Assembly: GCA_964016885.1 (NCBI GenBank)
Contig: OZ024742.1
Coordinates: 152,644,001-152,708,000 of the forward strand
DNA length: 64,000 nucleotides
Origin: Eledone cirrhosa
Taxonomy: Eukaryota
Direction of reading: 5' to 3'
Shown here piece by piece: positions 40,060 to 56,552 of this stretch (positions are counted from its first letter, which is position 1; every line of letters starts with the position of its first letter). Made by a program: the position numbers and the translations under genes. The notes beneath the pieces were generated by a model. The model was given only the letters and a program-made list of their open reading frames with translations, made no database searches and was not told the DNA's origin.

Positions 40060-43000
40060 CATAATGCAATTTCCATCTCACATATGTTACTACTGTAATA
40101 CATTTGCTTAGCAATCGCAATGTTTTTTTTTTCGAACCTTACATTTATCTTTGTAAATAGTTCTCCAAAGTTATTCATAAATGTAGCCATGTATGTCATT
40201 TTTACATACATGCTGAACCTTTATGTAATTATATATTAGATGTAAATTGTTAAAATATCATGTTTAACTTTACACAATTTCACTCGTCAGTAATGAACTA
40301 TAGTGTTTCTCGTAGGAAAAACCATATATTTATGAAAAGACATAGTTGGTACTTTGTATGAATGCTTTTCTGCTCATTATTTCTGGGATATATGGCATAC
40401 CAATCCAGGACACCATTCACTTCATACATGCAATTCTAATGCTGTCTTTATTGACAGCAAATGTCTACTAGTAAATAATAATACGTAACACAAAAAGTAA
40501 CGAATATAAAATAAACAAGAAGTATAAAACTATGAATGAGATCTAAAGATTAGGCCGTACCCTTACTGCCAAATATAAGCAAGGAATAACATAAAACCAA
40601 AAGGTACATCACTTACAATATACTGCCATTAAGTAAAAAATATATATTGAGATTGATATTTTAAATTTCAAGTCATGAAGATATCAATTTAAAATTGGGA
40701 ATAATTACAGAATTAAAAGAAATAAAAGAATATCTTAAAAATACAAAATTGTTCCCAACGATGAAATCCAAAGTTAGATTAGCTACAACAATATAAGAAA
40801 TACCAAAACTCCGGTCATCATCTTAATGTAAACGGATACTGACACCAAAATCATCAGGTTAGACGATATAATGTTTGCAGTTATCGTTGTAGTTACATAT
40901 GAAATCTTGATATATAATTTCAAACCAATATCGTTGAAAATGTCCGTAGATCAATAGAATAATCAACAAATGAACACGAAGAACAATTTCTCTGCAATTT
41001 ACTGCCAACTATATTTAAATCGAAGGATATATTGTTTTGCTAGCAGGTGAAGAGACAGCATATGCTTTTTAATTGTTTGTTTGAGGTTCGAAAAATTATT
41101 TAGTCCTCTGTGTGTCCCTTCTTCAATGATCCATCAATTCCCTAGGCTTCTATATGGGAATCATTCAGGATCATAATTTATTACATACGACATTATTGAT
41201 ATGAAACTGCTGACTTCCAAACTATTTTTCAGGAAACTGTTACCTCAACTAAATTCTATGTCCTGAGAGACCTATCAAAATCCCATTATTCACGTTGAAA
41301 TGGTATCTGATTTAGAAACAAGCCAACAATTTATGGGTGGGGGATTAATTTAAACGCCAGTGCGATAAAGGTACTTTATTTTATCGAGCTCGTAAGGATA
41401 AAAGCCAAAGCTAACACTGACGGGACTTTAAATCAGTAAATAAAGAGCCGTATGCATGGTGTCAGATGCTATAGCATAGAGCCAATCCATCGCCTTGTTA
41501 ACGATGAAATAATAATTATTAATATAGTTGCAAGTTAATTAATTTACGAAAGTGTCTTCGTTTAAATGAACCCAATTTTCAATCCCAGAATATAAAAATC
41601 AAATATTTTAGATTTGAACATAAAAGAGAAAAAATTGTTACAAAATAACAAAATGTAAAAAGGGAACTTATTCAGTATCCTACCATTTGCACACACTGGA
41701 CGAAATATATTCTTAATGATTCTTATGATATTTACAAGGCAACATAATTTTCGTAGTTCAACAATCGATTGCGTAGACGTTAGTAATTGACTATTACTAA
41801 CCAACACCTTAATGAGATTAGAGCTGGCAATAGTAAACTATTGTTACTAAATTTCGCTAGGAAATGTACTCTGTTTTCTAACAATTCTGCATTCCACTGC
41901 CCTCTATTCTAACATTTCCTGCAAACAAAAGAGTTGATTTCATACATAGTTAATTTTAGAGACGAATGGATAAATAAACAAAAGAGAAATTGCGAGTGAA
42001 AGGGAATGAGTTTAGAAATAAAAGACAGAGAAAATAAATATAAATGGTAGTTTCCCGAGACAAAAATGCAATGTTAGTGTTTATATTCAGGTTATGTACA
42101 AAACTTAATCGATGACATCATTTCGTCACTCTCTCTGATATTTGGCTTATCTCAAAATGATAGAAAACATTAATTCAAGACTTTCTATATTTGTACAAAT
42201 CTGAAATCACTCTAACTTCAATTTTTTTTATTGATTTTTCAAGTGATTAACATGTTCTTTTTTATCTTTGCCTTGAATAAATTAATTGATTAGTTTCGGC
42301 AACGTAGTCTTAAAATGATAGCTACCAGTGAATAAAACAGCCAAGTTCATAACACTCAGACCATTCCTAGAGGTCAATTTAGTTAACACAATCATGTGAA
42401 TCAATCCCTCGCATAGAGAGGAAGTTCAATTCCTATTTTATCGAATTCGCGTCTCATATAAATATCTCTATTAAATTTGCATCGTATATCAATTACTCTA
42501 TCAAATACGAGTTGTGTATGTTTTAAATTAACCGATTATAATGCATTATCGTCTACAATATGCAACTTAAGGTCTTTAATATAGAGCATATTTTGGCTTG
42601 CATCGAAGTCCTATCTGGTTAAACATATTAGTACAATATTAGTACCAGATGTCAAGAAGTATTTCCCAAGGAATATTTAATTTATAACTCCTATTTCTCC
42701 CTGCATCTGCCGAACAATTTCTCATTTCTTATTGGCATCTCATACATATCTCATACATATTGGCAACTCATACATATGAAATATTTTTAGTATCTGCATG
42801 AAGAAAATACTACGAATACATTTTCACGCTATGTCCATCCCCTTCTCCAATATTTGATTAAGTCTGTGCTAATCAGTGCATAATTCATATAATCATATGA
42901 TATTTTTTTTGCATGTTTCTACCCCATCAGCAACATGTCTTTGAGATGCTTCCTTTTTTATTCGTTGCTTTGGTATTGCGTTTAAAAATTTGTGAGCTGT

Positions 43001-45832
43001 AGGATGGCTGCTCATGGGATTCGGCAATCGGTTTTTATTTTATTTATGGAATTAGATGTAATCCCCCTCATTTAGAATGTGAAGTGTTGTCTCTCGCTCC
43101 GCCAATATCATATGAAACAATCTACTAGCAAGCTATGTGCCGCAGCTAAATGTTTTAACCATATATTTGGGAACGTGTGCCCCAGAAACGTTCACTTGTT
43201 TGATCTTTTAACATTTGAAGGCTCTTTTGTGAAATGCATTTATTGATTGGAGAATTTTGACTGGAGTTTACAATGTCTATACCTGAATTATTATATTTCT
43301 TTGGCAGCTTAAGCTGCGGGTTATTTAGTTTAGTTTTACATAGTTTCCGATTATGATATTTTGCTTTGGCGTCGAACTGTTTCCTTTATTCAAAGCATCG
43401 TTGTTGGTTTTCATTCCGACTGATTTTTTGCGATTTGACAAAACATATCTAAGGTTTCCTTTTCTTCGTGTTTTGCTGTTTTATATTTCTGTTACATTCC
43501 TCTTTATTTTGGTTTCACTTGTGTGGTTTTAGATTTCGATAAGGATTGAAAGATATTTCCTCATATTATTTATCTGTTTCCTAAATGTGTCTTGTTTTGA
43601 TTTTGTTATTTTTGTATGAGTAAATCTCAAAGATTACCCATAACGTATGCTGCTGCGTATTTTATTTTTTGTAAAATGGTGATCTTGAAATTCGATTTAA
43701 TTTATCATTGACACACACGTTATTGCCGTAATTATATATGAAGATATTTTAAAGATGAATAGATTTGCTTTTCTGACTCCATTGACTTTGTGTTGTGTTA
43801 CAAATTCTCATATTGTTATTGGTTTGCATTGATTATAACAGGAACAAAAATATATCCCAGAAGATATGTCACCTGTTACATGAAAAACAAATAAGGCAAT
43901 TTAGTATAATTTGTTTAATACGAAATGAGCGTGCATACTCATTGGGTTTCTGCTCATTAGAATTTATTAAATGTATTCCGTCTTTTGCGAAAAATAATGC
44001 ACTCAGATTTACGAGAATGCATTTATATTACAACAATGTTGGTTTGGTAAGACTGTCTAGTTCAGAACATTTCCAGCTTCGACGTTCCCTATTTAGACAT
44101 TTAAAACTCCTATCAATGCTTGGAGTCCTATATTCATAGCTCAACTTTTACAGATTACATTTGTGTAGAAATGTTGATCGGAAATTTCATTCGTCAGTTC
44201 TCTACAAACGTTCTCTTTAAACGTATTTCATAGACGAGCATCAAGAAAATAAACAAAATACTACGTGAATAATATAATGAAGCGCATTACTCTATCTCCT
44301 GATCTTACTGAATAAATAACCATAGCATTAGTATTGTTTCAATAATTTCAATAATCAGTTTGTTAAATTGTAGAACGTAAATAGCAAACACGCACGCGCG
44401 CACACACACACACATACCTTAACGCCTGATGCCAGCTCAACACGTGTTTAACCATAACACACGTTAATTTGTTTTGGCATATAAAATAACATGCATTAAA
44501 ATTCTCTTGAATTTGAGCTAAGAAGTGTAGTTATTCACCTTCAGTACATATTCGACTAACAAGTAGGAATGCAATAATAGCATATAAATATATTCTATTA
44601 TGTGTTTTCACCGAAATATGTTGCATATAATTCAAACAAACAATTATATGTTAATTCAATATATAGATACGAATATTATTTATTTGATTAAATTAATATT
44701 ATTGGGTGTTTTTAGATTTGTCTGATATATTTATTTCATGAATATGTTTAGAATGCAGAAAATTGCTTATGAAATGTTTACCATAATCTGCTAATGCCGA
44801 TATTAAATATTATTTACGAGAGGGCTCGGTCAAAGTTCAGTAAGGGTCAATAGCCTTAAATTGGATTTTATAGCATTAGTGGGATAATAAGTGTAGTATA
44901 AATAATGACATTGTTGGTTTCTGAGATATTTGACGGAGCTAGTCTATATGAAATCACAATGCGTGAAAAGTGGATAACATACTTATTAATTCTTTCATAG
45001 AAACGGTTTCAATCATATTCAATCACATTAAGGATAATACAATGAATGCGGTGTGGTTGAAACGTTAGAGTATCAGACCAAATCTCCTGCGCTATTTAAT
45101 TATATATCATTATAATCGAGGTTCAATTACCGGAAATATTGTCATTGTCTTTTCTACTTGTGAGCAATTGATACAAGAATTACCAGTAATACACCTGTGT
45201 TGATTCAAACTTATATACATTTGTGATTGTGTCAAAATCAAACTAGAATATTTGTGGTATTATTTAAGTCATTATACAACACTATGTTTCAGATTCAAAA
45301 TGGTTAACTACATGATCAACAATCTGAAGTAAAAGAAAATGAGAACCTATGATTAGCTGGATTTGACTAATTCGAGAGAATTTCTTTCGAAATATCGTGA
45401 TATTTGTACCGATGTGAGAAATTATTCTATTTAAGAAATTATTCAAATACGGTATATATTGTACAGAAGAAGCAAATATTTTGTCAAGCCACATTCATAA
45501 GGTGCCATAGATCTATATTTCTCACTAACTTTCTACATTCAAATTGAATAAAGATAAATGGTTTCAAAGTGATTTTCTGTAGAAAAATATATATCAATTC
45601 GCAGATATAAAGCTTTATTTTACTTACAAAAAGATATATTTGTGGTAAGGAACTATTTCTAGGCGACACATGGGGCACAACTGAAGAAACATTACGCAAC
45701 AAACGTTAGAGCAACACAACTTGATTCATATTGCTTAGACCAAGACTTCATTTCCTCGATCAATGTACACATGTTTCTATAATATATGTGAGTGTGTGTG
45801 CGTGTTTATCTCTGTGTGTGTGTAAAATATAA

Positions 45833-46020
45833 TTGTTTCTACTTTTTGCCACAAGGCCAGCAATTACCCAGTGCATTACATGTACTTTATTTTATCGAAC
45901 CCGTAAGGATGAAAGGCAAAGTTAACCTCGGCGGGATTTGAACTCAGAATGGCAAGGGGCGTAACTCTTTGCGTCAAAGCATGGAGTCCGACCCTCTACC
46001 GATACTGCCAATCCACCACC
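45833..46020 (-). mobile_element. SINE family 1, full length
   Basis: Reverse complement of the consensus, flanked by duplicated tgtgtgtgtgtaaWatataat. Confidence 0.85.
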
Positions 46021-47937
46021 ATTGTGTGTGTGTAATATATAATGTTTGTATATGTGTGATATTCCCGGTATCCTTGTAGATTCATATGATGCAAGAACCT
46101 TATTTGACAACTACATCTTAAAATCAAAATGTTGTATGAGATATTTATACACATCCACAGTTGAGGTAATCTCTCTAAATAGTTTTAGAAATGAAAGATT
46201 CACATATAGAAATAAAAAGATAATATTTGTTGATATGGTCTTATCACTCTAATTTAGTGAAATGAAAGCAGATGGCAACATTTTCTTGTTTTATTGGTTA
46301 CCGCACATTGTACGTAATGGTCCATATGAATGAGATAATGATTTTCATTAACATAGTTTCCCATTTTCCAGTCAGAACTTCGTGTCATAATTTATTAAGA
46401 TCAAATATTGAGTTCTCTTAGAGAAAACGACGTGGAGATGTTCATGCTTATAAGATTTCGTAATGTGTATTGATTTTGAATTGCATCGATGTCGAAGTGA
46501 AATTTGATCACTGTCCCGTGTTTCTGAAATGAGCTTACTGTGTGTTCTTCGAGACTAGCTGCATTAGATTGCATTAAATGTTACACTTGTTTATTTCGAA
46601 ATCTCCTTAGAAATACATGAAATAATTATTTAGTAAAAAATAAAACGAAATAATAATGCTAATGGAATATAGAGCGAAGGTGAGTCTATATTGGAGATTT
46701 TTAGCAAAACTGGTCATTGTTAAATCGGTAATTCTCGCCGAATGAATGATGGGATTAATATTTTCTGAAATAATCTTTCTTTTCATATAATAGCTAAAGT
46801 AGATGCTTTTCTTGAGTAACAAGAAATGGCTGTCTTTGTATCTTTTCCTATAATTTTAAGTTTTAATGCAGTAGACAATGTAAACAGTGGTGTAAAGCTT
46901 TAAAAAACAAACAGCTATTTTATGTTTTTTTAGTCTAAACTCTTGAACAATAGAAACAGCCTGAAAAATTTAAAACCACTTTGAAAAAATGTATTTCAGA
47001 ACGATTTTGACGTAACATGGAAAATTTATAAAAGTCTCAGAGACTTGTTAAATAAATATTTATACATATGTCCTTATACTATTGATAGACAAAAGGAGGC
47101 TTAACTACATTTCATATAAATTATATCGATTGAAAGACAATTCTCAGTGCTGTGCCATGCAGAATTGCTTAGTTAATTAGGACGTTGCAACTACGCTGAT
47201 ATGTGGAAATTATATTGACATGTCTCAAGTAATAATATTACTGGTTTCATATGGAGGGAAAAGGGATATAAAGAGAAGATATCGATTGCATCAACATCTG
47301 TACTTAACTGAAGATATTTTATCGAGATCTGAAAAATGATAGGGAATGTTGACACATAAAATTATTCTTCTCGGCATTCTGACAATCACGATATGAACAG
47401 CTATTTAAGTACCAATACACGTACATACATATGTATATGCAATACATGTATATACATATATATATATATATATGCAATACATGTATATACATATGTATAA
47501 ATATATATATATTTATAGGTATGTGTATACACACACACACGCGCGCACGCGCGCACCCAATCCCCTCCCATCCCCCCACATACCCCCCCACACACACATA
47601 TATGTATATACATGTCTTAATGGTAAGAATATTGGGCTTTTAAACGTGAGGTTGGGAGTTAAATTCCAGGAACGGGTATTATTTTGTGTACTTGAGCACG
47701 ACACCTAATTCGCGTTGTTCCACTTTACTCAGCTGTAGAAAAAGCTACCGATGTCACTGGTTCCACGCTGTAGCAGCCATTCCCTTTCTGTTAGAAAACC
47801 TCAGTAACGTGGAGAGGGGAGACTGGCATGCATCAGCGAGTGCAGGTCTTCCAAAACAACCATGTCCAATCATGTGTCTTGGAAGGGAAACATTGTAAGT
47901 TCAAATCCCATGATCAATCGTGACGGAATGGGGTGTT

Positions 47938-48000
<63 letters not shown>

Positions 48001-48001
<1 letters not shown>

Positions 48002-48816
48002 AGAATTTAACATTCTTCTAGCGGGTCCGGGTGAGTTTTTTTTCGGCTGTGCGATTGATTCTAAGCATCGTCTTTATGTGTTGGTATTTTAACGATAGTT
48101 ATAGCTCTGGTTCATCCAAACTATTGAGCCCTCTGCTACACATGACGAAGTTTGTTTATCGTTATTTCGTGGCCGAAATTCTGATTCTCGATTATTTACT
48201 TGTATTAATCTCCAGACTTTAGCTATTGACCAGTTAATTTATTGATTTTTTAGCTGATCTTATTGACTGATGAATAGCTCTTGTTTATTTTAACACGTCT
48301 GTTGAGAACTCTTATTCGATATGTGATTTTTTTGTATTCTTACAAAATTTACACTTACTGAATTCTTTCGCCATGTATAGGGGTTTCCTCCCTTGCTGGA
48401 CTACACGTGCGTCCAGTAACAGGTCCCCCTGTATTATTGAACGAAACATCCGTTGAGAAAGTAGGTTCCACGTTCATCTCTTTACTAGAAGTCATATATT
48501 TTTTGATGTGGCCTGACAATAATTGATTAAGGAACTGCAGAAACCCAAAAAGCTAGAATTTAACATCCTTCTAGCGGGACCGGGTGAGTTTTTTACATTC
48601 ATTTAATTTATAAATTTTTTATTTGAGTGACCCGAATTTTCCTGGTCGGTTTTTTTCGGCTGTGCGATTGATTCTAGGCATCGTCTTTTTGTGTTGGTAT
48701 TTTAACGATAGTTATAGCTCTGGCTCATCCAAACTATTGAGCCCTCTGCTACACATGTCGATGTTTGTTTATCGTTATTTCGTGGGCCGAAATTCTGATT
48801 CTCAATTATTTACTTA
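48001..48816 (+). repeat. ~200-bp direct repeats (48001-48200; 48555-48816 with an insert) flanking a unique spacer, pLTR-like
   Basis: tagaatttaacatYcttctagcgggWccgggtgag...ttatttactt appears twice; (TA)n on both sides. Confidence 0.85.
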
Positions 48817-48989
48817 TATATATATAGCATTCTTTCGAATCCACACGACATTGTTATAACCTAGCGCACCAAATACTGTGTGATATCGGTCAACCAACTA
48901 CTCGCTCATTAATATATTTTTAGAAACACTTACTTTAGTGGAGGGGTTCTTCTCTGAAGACCGTCTGCTGACGCCATCTTACCACAATA

Positions 48990-49460
48990 TCTTCTTCTTC
49001 TTCTTCTTCTTCTTCTTCTTCTTCTTCTTCTTCTTCTTCTTCTTCTTCTTCTTCTTCTTCTTCTTCTTCGCGTCCACTTATTCGTCGCGTCCACTTATTC
49101 CTGAGATGGTCGTGGTGGCAGAGTCCTCAAACACTCCTTCCTGACCTCAAACACGCCCAACTGAGACCTACCAAGGTTTGGGATGTTATTCAACCATGTT
49201 ATACTACCTCTGGAACTCCTACTAATGAGTTGTGCACGTAAAATCTGTCTTGCGCTTCTTTCCTGAAAAATTCTAACGACATGTCCATAATATTGGAGCT
49301 GATATCTCTCAAATTGGATAAATAACGGTTCTAACTGGAGCGGATCCCTGGATATTGAGCTATACACTGTATCGAGTAACCTTACTCCCAAAACCCTTCG
49401 GAAGAACCCCACTTCAACCGCTTCTATCGTGATCGTTAACGAATATCGATTTGAGGGTAA
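48990..49460 (-). mobile_element. RTE-clade LINE 3' fragment with (GAA)n tail
   Basis: ORF 49095-49472: EAVEVGFFRRVLGV...QLQYYGHVVRI..ERSARQIL; (TTC)n at 48990-49069. Confidence 0.8.
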
Positions 49461-50414
49461 CAACTTTGGCATTTACACTCACCTCTCTGCTTCTAATTAC
49501 CACTCGCTCTTTTGAGAAAGAGTGCACGAAGCACTCAACAAGAAGATATCGATAAATCGATAAGTGACATCTCAGAGTAATAAACATACTTTAAAGGCGT
49601 GACAAATTGAAAATTGTGGTTAAATGGAGAAAGCCACAGAAGCCACTACAGCAACGTAAATACAAGCAGGTTGAATACGTACTTGGACCATATCGAAAGA
49701 TATTATATATGTTCGATTGGTTTCTGTGAATTTCAATCAACAATCCAAATTGCGCAATATGCAGTCCGTACCGTTTGAAAATCGAGCGCGGACTCACCTT
49801 GTCAGCAGGTTGTCATTCTGTATCATGCCCTCGGTGTGAGGCAGTGCAGTTAATGCCTGTAGTATTAGTCACAGCGACGTGGTCAGATGTTCATCTCAAG
49901 GAAGGAGGAAGAACCCGATCCTGGTTTTTGGCAGATAAATTCAAAATATGAACAAAGGAATTAACTCTGTTCAATATCTACCGAATTCAAGCACTAAACC
50001 AGATTATCAAACAAACACAGATAACTAATCAATCAATAAAATCAATTAATTTATTAATTATTAAATCTAGGAGGTAATAATAAACATGAAAGTGTGTATA
50101 TATATATATACGTACATAATTTATATGTATATATGTATATATGAATATATGTTTGTGATGGCGCATGGCTGAGTGGAAAGAAAATTAGATTCGCAATCGT
50201 GAGCTTGTGTGTTCGATTCCTGGACCGGGTGATGCGTTAGGTCCTTGAGCAAGACACTTTATTTCACGTTGTTCCTTCTACCTGAAGTTGCGACCGATAG
50301 GTAGTATTAGCAATTGAAAAGACCAAGGGAAACATTGTTTCCTAGGTCCGATTTGGCGAAAGTCGATCGATTGTCGATGTGTGTGTATAAATATATAGAT
50401 ATATAATATATATG

Positions 50415-50474
<60 letters not shown>

Positions 50475-50526
50475 TAATAGTAATAATAAAAAATTTGAAG
50501 ACTAAAATACAAAGAGGGCTAGATGA

Positions 50527-50585
50527 GTTTCAGAAGATCTTGTTAAGGGTGAAGTCAGCGATTCTTTGCTTAACATTTAATCTGT
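50527..50585 (+). ncRNA. Degenerate copy of the 'A4' hammerhead-like motif
   Basis: gttt-CAGAAGA-tcttgttaagggt-GAAG-tcagcgattctttgc-TT...ttaatctgt. Confidence 0.5.
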
Positions 50586-50597
50586 TATTTTAATAAA

Positions 50598-52272
<1,675 letters not shown>

Positions 52273-52892
52273 TTTGTGATTTTTGCAATTTTGCAATAAC
52301 CACACATACTGTATTCATCCACCAAGACTAGGGGTTGTCTCCCTTCTAACTTCGCACGTGGGTTCAGATAACGGCCAGTTCCTTAGCTTTGCATAGAACT
52401 AAATGCCTGTTGAAAAATTGACTTCCTTGTTCGATCATCATACCAAAAGCTTAACATTATTTGTTTAAGCAGACAGTACCTGATTTAGGAGTTGCAGAAA
52501 CCCCATATTGGATTTTACCACCGTTTCCAGGGTCTGGGTATAATTTTCAATCATATTTTATTATTTGTTTGATCCGAATAGCTTGGTCGCTTCTATGGCT
52601 TTGCGGTTAATGGTTTAACCATCGTCTCAGTGTGTTTGGCCTTTTAACGTATGTTGCTCTAGTTCACTCGTTTCTATGGAGCGCTTGCCACACATTTCGG
52701 AAGTTGTTTTTCGCTAACTTCCAATAGCCGAAATGCGATTCTCGCTAATTTATATATATATATATATATATCAATGAGATTAATAAATGGAAACTATATT
52801 TATTCTATTATATATATCCACACAGACGACCATGTTATTCTTCAAACTTGCACTACTATATATGTATATGTACACACACACACACACACATA

Positions 52893-53037
<145 letters not shown>

Positions 53038-53071
53038 ATATAGGAGATTTTTCAAAAATATCACTGTATTA

Positions 53072-53149
53072 AATTGCCTTGTCTGATGATCGAATGCGGA
53101 CGTTTCTTGTATTCGTCTTATTCGGGAAAACTCTGGTAATGAGGTAATT
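53072..53149 (+). ncRNA. Type I hammerhead ribozyme upstream of a PLE ORF
   Basis: aattgccttgt-CTGATGA-tcgaat...attcgg-GAAAA-ctctgg-TA-atgaggtaatt: 11-bp stem I including G-U pairs, long stem II, one extra A in the core. Confidence 0.7.
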
Positions 53150-53320
53150 ATATCTTATTGTTTAGTATACATTAAATATAGCACTGTAACTTACATAGAG
53201 CCCTCTTCACTCCTATGACTTTTTAAATTTTGAACGGAAACTTCACTACTTATATATATATATAAACATATATACATAAATACATATATATATATACATG
53301 TACATATATATATACATATA

Positions 53321-53432
<112 letters not shown>

Positions 53433-53559
53433 CACATATATATATATATGTATGTGTATGTGTATGTGTATGTGTATGTATGTATGTATATCTCTTTATG
53501 TATGTGTAGGTATGTTATATATATATATGTATAAATATATATATACCTACACATACATA

Positions 53560-55876
53560 AATACACTTACAACTTGCGTAATAAAAAATAAATTAATACC
53601 ACAATGGTACACATCTCTTAAAAACAGGAAATTCTCCTTTTGGAAGATGATACAAAACAACAACAAAGCGGAAATCTATGAAAAATAGATTAACTCATCC
53701 CCATTAATCACCTCCGCAAACTACAAATTAAATCCATCCCAAACGAACCCGAGAAACAAAGACGCCTCGGGGAAAGAATGGCACTTGATAGCATAAAAAC
53801 CGAAATTGAAATCCTAAAATTAAGAGCCCAATCAAATGAAGATAGGATCAAATCAATCGAGGATGAGATTAATCAAGCAATTATCAATAAAACCAAAGAC
53901 ACCACCCTAGAAAATATTTCAAAATTATGGTTAGAGGACTGTAATAAGGAAGAATTAAAATCCCTTCAACGTTGGAAAATAAACGGAACCTGGTTCTCTA
54001 AATATGAAGCACTTTTCCAAAAAGAACACACATCCAAAAACCCCTTCATTAAAACCATAATAACGAGAAAACTCAATCAACACCCAAACACCACACAACA
54101 ACCAACATCAACAAAAAAACAATACCTCCCCACATACCAAAGAAAGAAGGCATCACCTCGCCCCTGCCTTCTACACCCTCCCCATAACTACCACACGGAT
54201 TCCCAAGCAACAAATATAGTAATAGAGAAACATCAGCCTCAAGATAGACACTACAACTTCTCTCCCACCAGGAGAATCCATAAAACCCCCTACACTTACA
54301 ACCCACCTAACATCCCCACACAACAAACCTACAACCATCATTACTTCCAACATAGAACCCAAAATACACAACTACCACACATGTCACATAGGGGCTCACA
54401 ACCACACACCAACTATAAGGAAACCGTAATATACCCTCCTCCACTAACCACATCCTACTACAACAACAGCAGCAGGGGACAATACAACCACACGAGACAC
54501 CCTAACCACTACAATCACCATAACTACACACCGTATAACAACAACAGCAGGATTCAATATAACCACACAAGATAACCCTACTACAACTACCACTATGTCT
54601 ACACACCCTACAACAACAGCAGTGCTCAGCACAACCATACGATACATCCCAACTTCAACAACCACCACAACTTCACACCCTATAACAACGTCCATCAAAT
54701 CTACACACTCTACAACATCATCAGGGCTCAATACACGATACAACCTAACTTCAACAACCACCACAGCTACACACCATCTAACAACAACAGCAGAGGCCAA
54801 TACAACCAGAAGAGACATCCAAACTTCAACAGCCACCACAACTTCCGTAATCATTTTTCAGACACAGCACACAGAAACAGGATAACAAGATAACACAAAA
54901 CACACACGAGACACAAAATATAATAAAAATTGTTAATTTAATCTCTAAAGAATTAACAACAGTCCAAATCAACATACTCTCCAAAAATCTAAAATTTACA
55001 TCAACTCCCCAACAACCAAACTATGCCGAAATGAAGGAAGATATTGCAGAATTCTGTGGAAAACTAAGATTCAGCGAGCAACTATACGACAAATACAATG
55101 AGGATGACTCAATAGCCAGAAATAGAAGCAACTACACCCCACCAAAAGGCAAGAACAAATTCCTCGATCAATTCTTCGAACACATTACTAATTACCCATA
55201 CCACCACCTACACAGACATAAGCAAAAACCAAACATAAGCCAAAAAGAATGGAATGGTCTTAACAGTCTAAAAAAGACAAAACACTAACAATCAAAGAGG
55301 GAGATAAAGGGAGTGCAGTAGTCCCTATGGGGACATATTATTACACGACTCTAGTACTCTCAACTCTAGAAAACCAAATATATTATGAAAAGCCCCAACA
55401 CTACACACAACAGAAAATAATGAGAAACCTAAAATCCCTAACAACCCTTTACAAATATAACTTACAGACTTACAGACAAGGAATACAACTACATCATCAA
55501 TTTCAAAAGCAGAACCAGCCTATTCTACAGTATCCCAAAACACACAAGAGTGAAGTAATAGGTAGGGCCTGCAAGCAAGCCACATGCATTTACATCAATG
55601 TAGCGCCCCCCCCCCCCCCCCCCCCCCCCTGATGACCTTAAATTAAGACCCATAATAGCAGCTACCACATGTGAAACCCATCGCCTCAGCAACTTCCTAG
55701 AAATTCTACTTAAACCTTTCCTAAAATAACATAAAAAGCTTCATAAGGGACGACCTTGACATGCTCAACCACTTCCTAACAACACTCGATAATGAACATA
55801 CCCTACTAGTAACCTTTGATATCATCAATTTATATTCCAATATCCCACACAACCTAGGTAGAGAGGCAATACAATT
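53560..55876 (+). pseudogene. 3'-truncated, frameshifted Penelope-like element (N-terminal domain and first half of RT)
   Basis: ORFs 53778-54575, 55031-55288 and 55327-55632 plus intervening frames give LSKNLKF, IKEGDKGSAVV, PKTHKS, LRPIIA, HRLSNFLEILLKP and LVTFDIINLYSNIPH, all PLE RT motifs. Confidence 0.85.
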
Positions 55877-56132
55877 GAAAATGTTCCTTCTACCACTTTA
55901 TTAATTTTTTAAGCTAACTCCAACAATAACAACACTTAGAATGAAGAATGTTCTAACAACTGACCAATGAGAGGAGAAGAGGCCCTTTGCCACTGAAATT
56001 CATTTGTTTGAATTCATATGATTCCAGTTCCTCAGTGAAATAACAACCCAACCAGTAACTGGGCATATCAGAGTATTAACAAAATTATTCACCTCAATAA
56101 CATATGTACTTGTCTATACCACACTAATTCGG

Positions 56133-56187
56133 ACAGCCTGAAGAGGTCAAAGCCAAAGATGGCTGTCACTGAAATATATATAGCAGT
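56133..56187 (+). ncRNA. Minimal hammerhead-like motif in a pLTR-like segment
   Basis: acagc-CTGAAGA-ggt...act-GAAA-tatata-TA-gcagt; one stem I mismatch, palindromic stem III. Confidence 0.65.
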
Positions 56188-56233
56188 AATAAACGAGGCT
56201 AAATTTTAAACATTCGACTTTTTATTTAACTTT

Positions 56234-56311
<78 letters not shown>

Positions 56312-56502
56312 CATAGACCACTTTTCAGATTGTATGGCGTTTTAACATATTGTTTAGCCCTAGTTTTCTCAACTGTTACTATTGGAGCGCTTGCCAGCAT
56401 TTCTACGATTTTGCGTTTCGTTTCGCTTTTTCTACCAGCCGAAATACGATTCTCGCTGAATGTATATTTATATATATATATAATAATAGTAATAATAATA
56501 AT

Positions 56503-56544
<42 letters not shown>

Positions 56545-56552
<8 letters not shown>

